From IMG/VR virus record IMGVR_UViG_3300049211_000031, positions 946 through 64,945 of that record: 64,000 nucleotides of DNA. The stretch is one strand, 5' to 3'. A model generated the notes under the pieces. That model searched no databases and was not told the DNA's origin. It worked only from the letters and a program-made list of their open reading frames with translations. A program made the translations under genes and the position numbers. How positions within the stretch are numbered: the stretch's first letter is position 1; the number at the start of each line of letters is the position of its first letter. This DNA comes from a virus. Taxonomy: Duplodnaviria > Heunggongvirae > Uroviricota > Caudoviricetes. Positions 32,301-41,447 of the stretch are shown here, piece by piece.

Positions 32301-35300
32301 TAAAAGGGATGGTAATTATTTTGATAATGACATAATCTATTATCCTAACTATCCATATAATGATCTTAGAGCAAATCCATTTATTACTGATGACTTTAGA
32401 AACTATGATGAGCATAATAAAGAAAAGGGCTCAGATCTTCCATTTATCTTCTCAAAAAGATATACATTTCATAGTCCAGATACACACTTTTCTGAGCCGT
32501 TTATAGGTACAAAACTAACACTTGAAACAGCAGAATATGGAACTTCTGAAGGGTATTTTACAGTATCAAAAAGACAAGCAAAGCAAAAGTTTCTATCTAA
32601 TACTTCTTATTCTATTGCTTTCGGTCTGGGAATCGTTGCTGCTCTTACTAAAACCACTGAAAAAGAAATAACACAGTATACTGTTAAGGGTATGGTGACA
32701 TCAGGAATGGGAGTAGCGTCAGGTGTACTTGGTCCGTTTCTACCATATCAGACAGGTAGTGGTGCTGCAGTAGCAGCTGCCGAATCGTGGATAAATACAA
32801 TCATTAATCCTCAGAAATCTGCTTCAATTAATGCTGCTCATGAGGTTACAACACAAACTGTAGGCGGTGGCTGGAAAGATTGGGCTAACCCTGTATATCT
32901 TGCTACAAGGAAGCCTTTGTTACTTCCTTTACTTCCAGTGCTGTTAACAAACTTAGTATCAGGCTTTTTATCTACTGTGCTAGCTGAGTCAGGTATTATA
33001 CTTGATCTTATTAAATCACTAACTCCTTACAGGGACTGGTGTATTCAGTATAACTCGATAGGTAAGTATAATGCTTATAAACCAGTTCCAAACACAGGAA
33101 ATAAGATACGTGGTATTAACTCTTGGAGATACTTAAAGGGAGAAAATAGCCTTATCCCGGAAACATCTGATCTTGATCCTACGAAGTTTGTTAGTACAAA
33201 AATTAATAACTGGCATCGTGAAGAGTCTTTGTACTTGAGATATGTAGGTAATGATTTTCCTAATGCAAGCACTTTCTCAGGTGTTCAAGACCAAAGTCGC
33301 TTTACAATTGAAGATAGTGCAGTAGGTAAGGCTCTTGACAAAAAGGTGATAAAGAACATCTCATCCTATTATGCTTCTATTAAGAACTACAGGCCAGATC
33401 AATATGGTAATATATACAATGTAGAGTATATTTCTACAGGATCCCATATATTTGATATGACTACCTCAAATAGTACATGCAAAACTATATTTGGTGGTGA
33501 TACGTTTATAAATAGATTTGCCCTTAAAAGAAAAGTGGCATACTTCCTAGCTGACACTTTTGAGATGATGAATGGTACGGATTTTGATTATTCGTCATTC
33601 CCAAATCTAGGCATTCCAAGACACTATTATAACAGCACAGTAGGAGTAGCTTCTGAATTTGATAGTATTGGTGACATTTTTAGTCTTATAACACCATCTG
33701 GTATTGGAGACTTTCTTGGAAGACCTAAGAGTATACGTGATGCTGCTACTAGTAAATTTTTCTATCAAAATGGATACATTTACCTATATCACTATGGAAT
33801 TCCTTATTTCTTGGTAGAGTCTGATGTAAATGTGGATTTTCGTTATGCTGAGAATCTCTCAGACAAAGCGTTCTATCCTCTTCAACAAGATCTTGATTAC
33901 TGGTTACAAGAAGAAAATGTAAGGCTTAGAGAACCTAATTACTATTTCTATAATAACACTTATTCCAAGCAAAATAAAGAGCATTCTTATACAATCTATC
34001 CAGCTTCCTTTGAGCCTGGTAGAGCTTGTAAGGTAAGTCATCCAAATGGCATTATTTACTCAAATGGTGCTAACTGGTTGCAATATAAAGCTAATGATTT
34101 CTTTCCTGTACCATTATCCTATGGAAGACTCACCTCTGTGAATGGCATAGAAAGTGACAGAATATTAATTCGTACAGAGAACACATTTCTAGTACATAAT
34201 GCTTATAACACCTTACAAACCAATGGAATAAACATACAAGTTGGTAATGGTGGAATGTTTGCAACAAAGCCCCAAGAATACGCAAAAACAACTCTTGGTC
34301 ATGGAGGATCTCAGCATAATGGGATATTAAACACAGAATTCGGACACTTATGGGTAGATGCTAAAAGAGGTCAAATAATCAATTTATCAGGTGGAGGGCT
34401 AGATGAAATCTCTAAGTATGGTATGAAGAACTGGTTTAAAGAAAATCTTCCTTTTCATATTTCTAAGGACTTTCCTGAAATTCAGGCAGATGATTTAGAC
34501 AACAGCTACAAAGGAATAGGTATAACAATGGTCTATGACAAGAGATTTAGTAGAGCAATTATTACCAAACTTGATTATAAGCTTTTAGATAAGACAGTTA
34601 CCTATGATCAAGAAGAGAAGGTATTCAAAAAAGGTAACGAAGTTGTTAATTTACAGGATAATAAGTATTTTTGTGATAAGAGTTGGACAATATCTTTTAG
34701 CTTCTTAACTAAAGCTTGGACATCATTCCACTCATATAAACCTAATTATTATGTAGATGGAATAGAGTATTTTTCTTCAGGATTAAATACAAATGGAACT
34801 CTATGGAATCACAATCTTACTAATAAATCTTACCAAGTATTTTATGGAAAGAAGTATCCGTGGGTTATACAGACAATTAGTAAATATGATTTGTCAAAGA
34901 ATCACTTGAACTCAGTAGAGTACTCAATGGACGTTATTCGCTATCATGGTGACTATGATCCTTTCTATAACAATCAAATTACCTTTAATAAGGCGATTGT
35001 GTCAAATCAGGGACAATCTACAGGCCTATTAGAGCTAGAGTATAATAATAAAAATAACCTAAACCACCTCACTACTTATCCAAAAGTAAATGCTAATAGT
35101 ACTACAATTCGAGTAACAAATAGTGATGGTATATGGAGGTTTAATCAGTTTTATGACCTGGCTCCTTCTAGAGCTAACAACATTCCATTATGGTTAAATG
35201 ATTGTTCTAATACAATAAGAACACCAAATCCAGCAGCTATTAATTATCAAACACCTGATTTAGATAAGAAGCGTATAAGAGGAGAGTGGAATAGAATTAT

Positions 35301-35379
35301 GTTGATAAATGATAAGCACACTAACTATAAAATGATTTTTAAATACCTTCAGAATAATTCTGTGAAGACTTATAGATAA
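29392..35379 (+). CDS. tail stabilization/muzzle protein (P22 gp10-like) with inserted PKD and FN3-like domains
   Basis: 1995 aa; KGMNTD start, GGSQH, WVDAKRGQI motifs; NAGPDQ/WKQISGP PKD repeats. Confidence 0.8.
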   Translation: MADNNTHISVPIKGMNTDVHPSNLTEQGYDYSLNSVVEEFSGNGFPILQNESSNLKCANFPSGYKVVNVVNVVEQDRKILFLHNPTTGFSQIGEILGKNECGDSLIDNDEDLGYCSGCDTGYSPEKSPLEDQNPIPCCEYVTIATQTCFNFSIDHPIRSVYRLEDCGISIYFADNLNYNRYIEFEYVDDDPSKHLKIKDKFKVVIGLTPDCEAPIYGTQIDCNKLRIDPVATIPNINLVDITGGGSLKAGVYQFLFAYSNEDGGVRTPYLNVTNPIPIFTREVTFDTDYQTDRSITFEIEGIDFNSPYENFNIAVVKTINSVSSFEYVGTYPIGTTRITYTGNEKSLKDLSAQEIFAPKVYYSKSRGTATSNNFLFWYSPEETKKLNVQRIANKVKLYWQTTQIPENAYRDPRNAHIYKTYMRDEVYPFGLVLVYDNNEKSTIGHIPNRVATTSDRTIVDNTDVITETSCGDCGEGSSEEQVQAEDLNETTFVPSNDLPTLNEDNSNQEESCTYTPYSDTPSTSFFSGTGAIPIVNAGPDQTINYDGIVNLNGTEIHSGTYVTTLWKQISGPNQITIANPTNLNTFFDGFITGTYVIQLVVTDSNTNRGVDSVTITVNIGTNAAPVANPGGDKMIVLPTSTSYLNGGLSSDDMLISSYLWTQDSGPNTATINSPTQPYTDVSGLVEGTYVFRLRVTDNKECYSEATTTIYVLDNPCDSVPDPVNLLYPVNGSLTSSFATVVLDWDDSVCATSYDVYLAVDGDPYSLVGNSTNSTFTLTNLIPNTVYNWYVVPKNAAGEAEDADLYYRTFVTPTESSVSGCEKQKWEVYNTASIIASPHQPYKDCEETCWEYGEFAYWESTEKYPNNPDVWGELCNEPIRFHKFPDSLVTHIHDGLNASVDNKRDNMIYPIGIKVDHNSVRAAIDQAVTDGIITLEDKNRIKGYEIVRGNRFGNKSIVAKGILYDVNQYRRKRDGNYFDNDIIYYPNYPYNDLRANPFITDDFRNYDEHNKEKGSDLPFIFSKRYTFHSPDTHFSEPFIGTKLTLETAEYGTSEGYFTVSKRQAKQKFLSNTSYSIAFGLGIVAALTKTTEKEITQYTVKGMVTSGMGVASGVLGPFLPYQTGSGAAVAAAESWINTIINPQKSASINAAHEVTTQTVGGGWKDWANPVYLATRKPLLLPLLPVLLTNLVSGFLSTVLAESGIILDLIKSLTPYRDWCIQYNSIGKYNAYKPVPNTGNKIRGINSWRYLKGENSLIPETSDLDPTKFVSTKINNWHREESLYLRYVGNDFPNASTFSGVQDQSRFTIEDSAVGKALDKKVIKNISSYYASIKNYRPDQYGNIYNVEYISTGSHIFDMTTSNSTCKTIFGGDTFINRFALKRKVAYFLADTFEMMNGTDFDYSSFPNLGIPRHYYNSTVGVASEFDSIGDIFSLITPSGIGDFLGRPKSIRDAATSKFFYQNGYIYLYHYGIPYFLVESDVNVDFRYAENLSDKAFYPLQQDLDYWLQEENVRLREPNYYFYNNTYSKQNKEHSYTIYPASFEPGRACKVSHPNGIIYSNGANWLQYKANDFFPVPLSYGRLTSVNGIESDRILIRTENTFLVHNAYNTLQTNGINIQVGNGGMFATKPQEYAKTTLGHGGSQHNGILNTEFGHLWVDAKRGQIINLSGGGLDEISKYGMKNWFKENLPFHISKDFPEIQADDLDNSYKGIGITMVYDKRFSRAIITKLDYKLLDKTVTYDQEEKVFKKGNEVVNLQDNKYFCDKSWTISFSFLTKAWTSFHSYKPNYYVDGIEYFSSGLNTNGTLWNHNLTNKSYQVFYGKKYPWVIQTISKYDLSKNHLNSVEYSMDVIRYHGDYDPFYNNQITFNKAIVSNQGQSTGLLELEYNNKNNLNHLTTYPKVNANSTTIRVTNSDGIWRFNQFYDLAPSRANNIPLWLNDCSNTIRTPNPAAINYQTPDLDKKRIRGEWNRIMLINDKHTNYKMIFKYLQNNSVKTYR

Positions 35380-36032
35380 TGGCGTATAACTTTTTAAATA
35401 GAACCACGTACTCAAATGATCCTCTTGCACAAGGAGATTTTGAGCAATTTATTCCTAGCTCTCAGTCTACACCATTAGGAGCTGGGTTTAATGATACATC
35501 ATTTGATAGTGATTTAATTGAAATGGTATCTGCTGATGATATAGATAATGTATCTACCACCCAAGAATTAGCAAATTCTCCCACTATAGAAGAGCAAGAG
35601 GAATCTGATCCACAGGTAGATTGGGAAATTATGAATATGCTGTTTGCAGAAGAACCCAGTACAACATCAGTACCAAGAAAAACATATACTTCACCACCAT
35701 CTACCGATGAAGATGAGGACGATGAAACTCCTACTCCTCCACGAGGAGGAAAGGTAAAGCCTAGAATATGGCAGTATGGAGGGAAGTCTACCAAATACAA
35801 AGTAGATGAAAGTTTATTGTATGCAGATGATTATGAAACACAAAGAATAGGGCTTAACAACCCTAATTATAACACTGCTGTGTTTAACATGAAAGGTATC
35901 AATACATTTAGAGGACTTGACAATCATCAACCTGTAATGGTGACAGATGGATCGAAGTACAAAGTATTATATGGTCCACAAGACACAGCTAAGTTTAATG
36001 GAAAAGTATACGAAAAGAGACTAAAATTCTAA
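35379..36032 (+). CDS. hypothetical virion/cargo protein with QYGG motif
   Basis: acidic N-half, QYGG, small C-terminal domain. Confidence 0.7.
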   Translation: MAYNFLNRTTYSNDPLAQGDFEQFIPSSQSTPLGAGFNDTSFDSDLIEMVSADDIDNVSTTQELANSPTIEEQEESDPQVDWEIMNMLFAEEPSTTSVPRKTYTSPPSTDEDEDDETPTPPRGGKVKPRIWQYGGKSTKYKVDESLLYADDYETQRIGLNNPNYNTAVFNMKGINTFRGLDNHQPVMVTDGSKYKVLYGPQDTAKFNGKVYEKRLKF

Positions 36033-36035
36033 TAT

Positions 36036-38885
36036 ATGAAAAAAAGAAAGCCTAAATATTATGCCTATCAACTAGGTGGATCTACCAATTTTAATTGGAA
36101 TATACCAGAAGAAAAAACTCCTTCTGTAGTAAATCAAACAGCTACAGGAGCTACAGACATTTATGGTAATCAATACTTTAAACAAGATAACCAAGGAGCA
36201 CCAACATTTGAAGGTGATGTTACAGGAACACCGAGGAAGAAATTTGATCTTTTGAGCCTACTTGGAAATACTAATAAAACAGAACTTCATCCTGCAATTC
36301 AGTCTCTTAATGCTGGTATACAGACAGTTACAGGTATAGCTAATATGATAAATGAGGTGAAGAATAGAAAGTACGAAAAGGACCAATATTTAAGAGCTAT
36401 TACTCCCGATTATTATGAAAATATGGAAGGGTATGGCCTTAATGCTAATCCTGTGTTTACACAATACGGAGGAACATCTAAGTATCAAGTTGGTGGGCAA
36501 CAAAAACCTGTCCTAGTAAACCCTTATAATCAGCCAAATCAATTTAGTGGTCAATCAGTAGTTAGTGGAACAAATGCTTTCACAGAAAATCAATTTGCTA
36601 TGGATTTTCCTGATAAGAGGATGTCTAAAAGCATTGATTTAATTAATAATGTTCTTTCTTCTGGATTACTTCCTAATCAGACTGGCGAAGACAAAACGCT
36701 CAGAACGCAGCTTGATCCACGCATGTATAATTATTTGTATCAGTTTAATCAAAGAACTGATTTAAAAGGAATGACTCCTGAACAAAGAATAAATACGTTC
36801 TATAATGTAAACACGAATGATCCAGAGATTCAATCAATGAAGGACAACATGAAGCGCTATGGTTATGGTCCATCAGAATTTCGCAATGTAAGTCCTAGTA
36901 ATAAAATAGGCCCCGCTCTCGTTTCAATGAAAGATGGGGGAAGTGTTTCTGAAACTTATGGACTTCAAAAGGGTGGAAAAGCTTTTGCTAATGTAGAAGC
37001 TGAGAGAGGAGAAGTAGTAGAGAATCTTGATGGTTCTATTAATCAAGTAGCAGTAGATGCGAACACTCATGAACAAGGTGGCGTATTTCTTCCTAATGTA
37101 CATAGAGTACTTGAGAATACATCAAACATTAGAAAAGACAAGAACTCTAAAATTCTAAAGCTTAGTTCTGCTGATGTAGAGGAAGCTACTGGAGCTAAAG
37201 TAAAAGGCTCAATGTCTCATGCTGAAGCACTTGTAAAGGCTAATGACTATTACGAAGGAGAAAGAAATAAAATAACAAAAAAAATAACACTTGCTGCTAA
37301 AGATAGGAGTGATCTTGACAAGTATGGTGAACTTTCAACAAAATTAAATATGCAACAATTTCAGGCTATTCCTACACAAGAACAATTGTTTGAAAGTCTG
37401 TTTAACCGTCAAGAAGCGATAAAGGCTAAATATGATATTCCTACAGGTGGGCAAGCTAAATATGGTGGAGGACTCTCAAGAGAAGATGACTATGGATCTT
37501 CCAAAAAACCATATGCTTCAGTAGATTCTTCAGATTTTGCTGGAGGAGGAAGATCTTATCCTATACCTACTAAAGCTGATGCGGAAGATGCATTGCGTCT
37601 CGCGCACTTACATGGACGTTCCGATGTAATTGCTAAGGTGTATGCTAAATACCCAGAACTTAAAAAAGCTCAATTAGGAGGGTACACTGGTAATAAGTCA
37701 GGACTCAAAACTCCTGCTGGTAATTCAGATGCATTTCCTGCTACTAAGGATTTCTCATTTAATGACTATTTAAATGATTTAACAGGAAAAGGGTTTAAAT
37801 ATGAAGGTATAACAAATCCTAAAGATTTCCAGTTAGCTCTATATGATTATCAATTAAAGAACAATCCTGAAGCTATTAAAAAGATGTGGGGCGAAGGAAT
37901 GCATCAAGCAGGAATGGCTCAAGCTAGAAAGTTAGGTTTAGTTGATGATAAAGGACTATTTAAACAAGGTGCTCTAAATGATCCAAAAAATCTTGAGAAG
38001 CTTAGAGATATTTATGCAGATGGTATTCTTGGTGTAAGAACTATGCAACTTGGTAAAAAGCCTCCTCGTATTTGGAGCGATGATGACATTCCAGTACAAG
38101 ATGTTCCACAATTAAGACAAGAGTTAGACACAAGTATTACGACTCCAGATATTATACAGCAACCTAGAAGTAGATTTAATGAACCTCTTCGCTGGTATGA
38201 TGTAGCTTCTCCAGTAAATGCTTATATGGCTGCTTTAGAGCGTGAGCCAGGTAAATACAATCCAGCAGAATTTAATCAATTACGCTACAAACTACTTGAT
38301 CCAACAGTAGCCTTGCAGCAGAACCAAGCAGATTTCAATGCTGCTGTAGATGCTACTCAGTCATTAGCACCTAATAATCCAGGTGCAGCTGCTGCTAATA
38401 TAGCTAACCTTGCTGCTTCTAAATATGCTGCCAATAATCAAGTGCTAGGGAATTACGAGAACCAGAATGCTCAGATTAAGAATAACGAAATCACTTATAA
38501 TACACAAGTACGTGATAAGAATTCTCTGGCAGATCAACAAGCTCGTGAATTGTTTGAAAATAAAGTACTTACGTCTAAAGCTATACAGCAAGAACAGAAA
38601 CTTACAGCCCTTGATTCTTTATATAAGACAATTGCTGAGAATAGAGCTTTAAATAGAAATGGTAACTTGATAATGAAATTCTCAAGAGCCTTTGATCAAT
38701 ATGGAGATTATAATGGGTATGCTCCTATATTCACTACACCTCCTGCTGCAGGAATTCAAACTCAAGCATTAGCAGGTCAACCTGGTGGTGGTCTACAACA
38801 GATAAAGGCTGGTAAGGATTATTACAATAGAAGAAGTGGTAAAACATATTATTTTGATGGAAATAGGCTTTTACAACGTAAATAA
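36036..38885 (+). CDS. putative ejected cargo protein with repeated [QK]xGG motifs
   Basis: QLGG, QYGG, QVGG, KDGG, QKGG, KYGG, QLGG; Q/N/A-rich helical C-terminus. Confidence 0.75.
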   Translation: MKKRKPKYYAYQLGGSTNFNWNIPEEKTPSVVNQTATGATDIYGNQYFKQDNQGAPTFEGDVTGTPRKKFDLLSLLGNTNKTELHPAIQSLNAGIQTVTGIANMINEVKNRKYEKDQYLRAITPDYYENMEGYGLNANPVFTQYGGTSKYQVGGQQKPVLVNPYNQPNQFSGQSVVSGTNAFTENQFAMDFPDKRMSKSIDLINNVLSSGLLPNQTGEDKTLRTQLDPRMYNYLYQFNQRTDLKGMTPEQRINTFYNVNTNDPEIQSMKDNMKRYGYGPSEFRNVSPSNKIGPALVSMKDGGSVSETYGLQKGGKAFANVEAERGEVVENLDGSINQVAVDANTHEQGGVFLPNVHRVLENTSNIRKDKNSKILKLSSADVEEATGAKVKGSMSHAEALVKANDYYEGERNKITKKITLAAKDRSDLDKYGELSTKLNMQQFQAIPTQEQLFESLFNRQEAIKAKYDIPTGGQAKYGGGLSREDDYGSSKKPYASVDSSDFAGGGRSYPIPTKADAEDALRLAHLHGRSDVIAKVYAKYPELKKAQLGGYTGNKSGLKTPAGNSDAFPATKDFSFNDYLNDLTGKGFKYEGITNPKDFQLALYDYQLKNNPEAIKKMWGEGMHQAGMAQARKLGLVDDKGLFKQGALNDPKNLEKLRDIYADGILGVRTMQLGKKPPRIWSDDDIPVQDVPQLRQELDTSITTPDIIQQPRSRFNEPLRWYDVASPVNAYMAALEREPGKYNPAEFNQLRYKLLDPTVALQQNQADFNAAVDATQSLAPNNPGAAAANIANLAASKYAANNQVLGNYENQNAQIKNNEITYNTQVRDKNSLADQQARELFENKVLTSKAIQQEQKLTALDSLYKTIAENRALNRNGNLIMKFSRAFDQYGDYNGYAPIFTTPPAAGIQTQALAGQPGGGLQQIKAGKDYYNRRSGKTYYFDGNRLLQRK

Positions 38886-38895
38886 TCACCTCTTA

Positions 38896-38935
38896 TTACC
38901 TTTACAAAATAATATAATTAAATTTAGTATATTTG
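38896..38935 (+). promoter_or_regulatory. variant promoter (TTAC-N28-TATATTTG)
   Basis: near-identical to the 52816-52854 intergenic motif. Confidence 0.6.
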
Positions 38936-38949
38936 CTTAATATTAGAAT

Positions 38950-41445
38950 ATGGCCATAAGTTATAAATCCACTGTACATAAACCTATTGATTATGTTCAG
39001 CCTGTAGACTTAAATCTTCTTGGGAAGGTACTACAGTATGAACAAGGGGAGTTTGACAAAGGTGTAAGAAATGTACAAAGTACCATAGACTCTATTGCTG
39101 CATTAGACGTGGTAAAAGACGTTGATAGACAATATCTTAACGCTAAGTTGAGTAATATGGTTAACGCTATCAATAGTATTGGTGGAGTTGATTATTCCGA
39201 TCCTAATGTGCAGAATCAGATTTCAGGAATGGGTAGTCAAATCTATGGTGATGATAAGATAATCAATGCTGTGGGAAACACTAAAAAGTTTCGCTATGTG
39301 CAGAATTACTACAAAGATCTTAAAGAAAAGAAGCCTAAAGATTGGAATCAAGCTAATGAGTGGTACGATATGAATAAATTCTCAAGCTGGTTACAGGATG
39401 GACAGGTAGGGTCTTCTACTACTAGTGATGCGGGAACAGTTACTCCATATCACGATTATCAGACAGATTGGGAAAAGCTTTTTGATAAAATTGCTAACTC
39501 AGCTAATATAGAGGTACAATGGAGTGACAGAGGCTTGATGTATGTTAAAGATGGAAAGAAATATGTTTCTCCTGATCGTATTTGGGCTACAGCATCTCAA
39601 ATGCTTACTCCTCAACAGCGCACACAGCTTGCTATAGAAGGACGTTACACTTATCAAGGTGTACCAATTTCTGAACTTACTAAAGCCTACGATGCTAAAC
39701 TTTATGAACAAATAGGAGAGGCTACAAATGAATTAAAGGACTATCAAACTAAGTTTAAAGGTGCTACTTCTCTCAAAGATCAACAAGACTATCAAAGACT
39801 TGTTGCTGAAAAGGAAGCGGAAGTTACTAGACTAACTGCCCCTGTCCAAAAAAGTGCTGATCAGATTAGAGAGAAACTTTACTTAGACGAGAAATTTAAG
39901 GGACTGCAAGCACGTTACGCTTTCTCGCAAGCTACTTCTACAATGCAAGCTGCTACTGACAAGATGTTCAAACTGAAGTATGATATGGATAAAAGTAAGT
40001 TTGCCTATCAGCAACAAAAGGATCAGCTTGACAGAATGGTAGACATGGTAGACAAGGGACTTATGTGGGGTACAGATGCATTCGGTAACAGAACTGCTGT
40101 CATTGATCCTTCTAATCCACGAAACTATGCTAAGAGTAAAGGTGGTACAGGGACAGCTGCGGGAGGAGCAAATTCAATGCTCCCTATTATGGGTGGAGCA
40201 GGTGAAGAACAAACCTATACAATGACCGAGAAAGCTCTAGACACTAGAAAGACTGCTCTAGTTCAATCAAATAATCAGCTCTTTAATAACTTCGTGAAAG
40301 ACTTTGGTTGGAAGATGGGATGGACAGATGCCTTTGTTAATGATTTTACAGATGATGGATTTCTACAAGGCAAGTTTGATGACAGAGCTGTAAAAATAGC
40401 TAAAGATTATAAGGACGCGTGGGAGGCCATGCAAAGGGGTGAGAAAGTTAACTTCGATCATGTAGATCCAATGTTTAGAAATTTCATCTCTAAATGGCAA
40501 GAAAATCAAAAAGAAATAGAAGCTATTGATAATTTCTACAATCAAGTAGATAATCAAGTAAGAGAGAAGTATGGATTTACTGGAGCTGACATAGAAAAGG
40601 CTGCTGATTATGCTAAACTTCAACAGCAATATACTGAACTAGACAAGAAATATCCTATAACATCTGTTCAAGGAGGTGTAGTTAGAAAAAATCAGGCAGA
40701 GTACAATAAAGAGATTGCAGCTATTAAAGCAAAACAGCAAGTTCTTGGACTTGATATGAATAAATTAAATAACTACATGACTAATAGAACTGCTGAGAGA
40801 AGAGGTTTGATAGAAAGAGGTTCTATGAGATTTAATCTTCCAGGTGTCACTATTTCAGACGACAAGGAAAAGAATACAGCTAAAATGATTGCGGCTAATG
40901 CAGGAACTATGCAGTATTATGATGAAGCAGGGAATGTAGTAGGGAAAGCTACTCTAAATTCAGATAACATAGAACCTATGACAATAGGATATGATTATAT
41001 AAATACAGGTGGAACTTTTTCAAGGCAGCCTGTATTAACATTTAAATTAAAGACAGGAAGTAAAGCCGATGAGTATTCAATTAATAAAGTACCTTTATCC
41101 CCTCAACAGGCACCTCTCTTTGGGTTTGGAAGTGATATGCAAGACATTTCTGGATATAGATTTGGACTACATGCGACAGGTAAAGTGACGGATATTGGTA
41201 CAACATCCGGAAACAATTATCAGTTAAAGTATGATATGAAAAAGTACAATTTAGGTGATGTAAATGATAATAGAGTGTTTGTAATTGTACATGGTAAATC
41301 AGGTCCAATATCATTATATAATACACCTTTCAATACGCCAGAGTTAGCTACTCAATATATGGAAGGTATGACAAAACTGAACTCATTCGACGACGCTATT
41401 ATAGTATTAGATCAACTATCAAGAGGTCAGATATATAACAAATAA
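38950..41445 (+). CDS. putative ejected cargo protein
   Basis: 831 aa helical protein upstream of the virion RNAP. Confidence 0.75.
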   Translation: MAISYKSTVHKPIDYVQPVDLNLLGKVLQYEQGEFDKGVRNVQSTIDSIAALDVVKDVDRQYLNAKLSNMVNAINSIGGVDYSDPNVQNQISGMGSQIYGDDKIINAVGNTKKFRYVQNYYKDLKEKKPKDWNQANEWYDMNKFSSWLQDGQVGSSTTSDAGTVTPYHDYQTDWEKLFDKIANSANIEVQWSDRGLMYVKDGKKYVSPDRIWATASQMLTPQQRTQLAIEGRYTYQGVPISELTKAYDAKLYEQIGEATNELKDYQTKFKGATSLKDQQDYQRLVAEKEAEVTRLTAPVQKSADQIREKLYLDEKFKGLQARYAFSQATSTMQAATDKMFKLKYDMDKSKFAYQQQKDQLDRMVDMVDKGLMWGTDAFGNRTAVIDPSNPRNYAKSKGGTGTAAGGANSMLPIMGGAGEEQTYTMTEKALDTRKTALVQSNNQLFNNFVKDFGWKMGWTDAFVNDFTDDGFLQGKFDDRAVKIAKDYKDAWEAMQRGEKVNFDHVDPMFRNFISKWQENQKEIEAIDNFYNQVDNQVREKYGFTGADIEKAADYAKLQQQYTELDKKYPITSVQGGVVRKNQAEYNKEIAAIKAKQQVLGLDMNKLNNYMTNRTAERRGLIERGSMRFNLPGVTISDDKEKNTAKMIAANAGTMQYYDEAGNVVGKATLNSDNIEPMTIGYDYINTGGTFSRQPVLTFKLKTGSKADEYSINKVPLSPQQAPLFGFGSDMQDISGYRFGLHATGKVTDIGTTSGNNYQLKYDMKKYNLGDVNDNRVFVIVHGKSGPISLYNTPFNTPELATQYMEGMTKLNSFDDAIIVLDQLSRGQIYNK

Positions 41446-41447
41446 TT

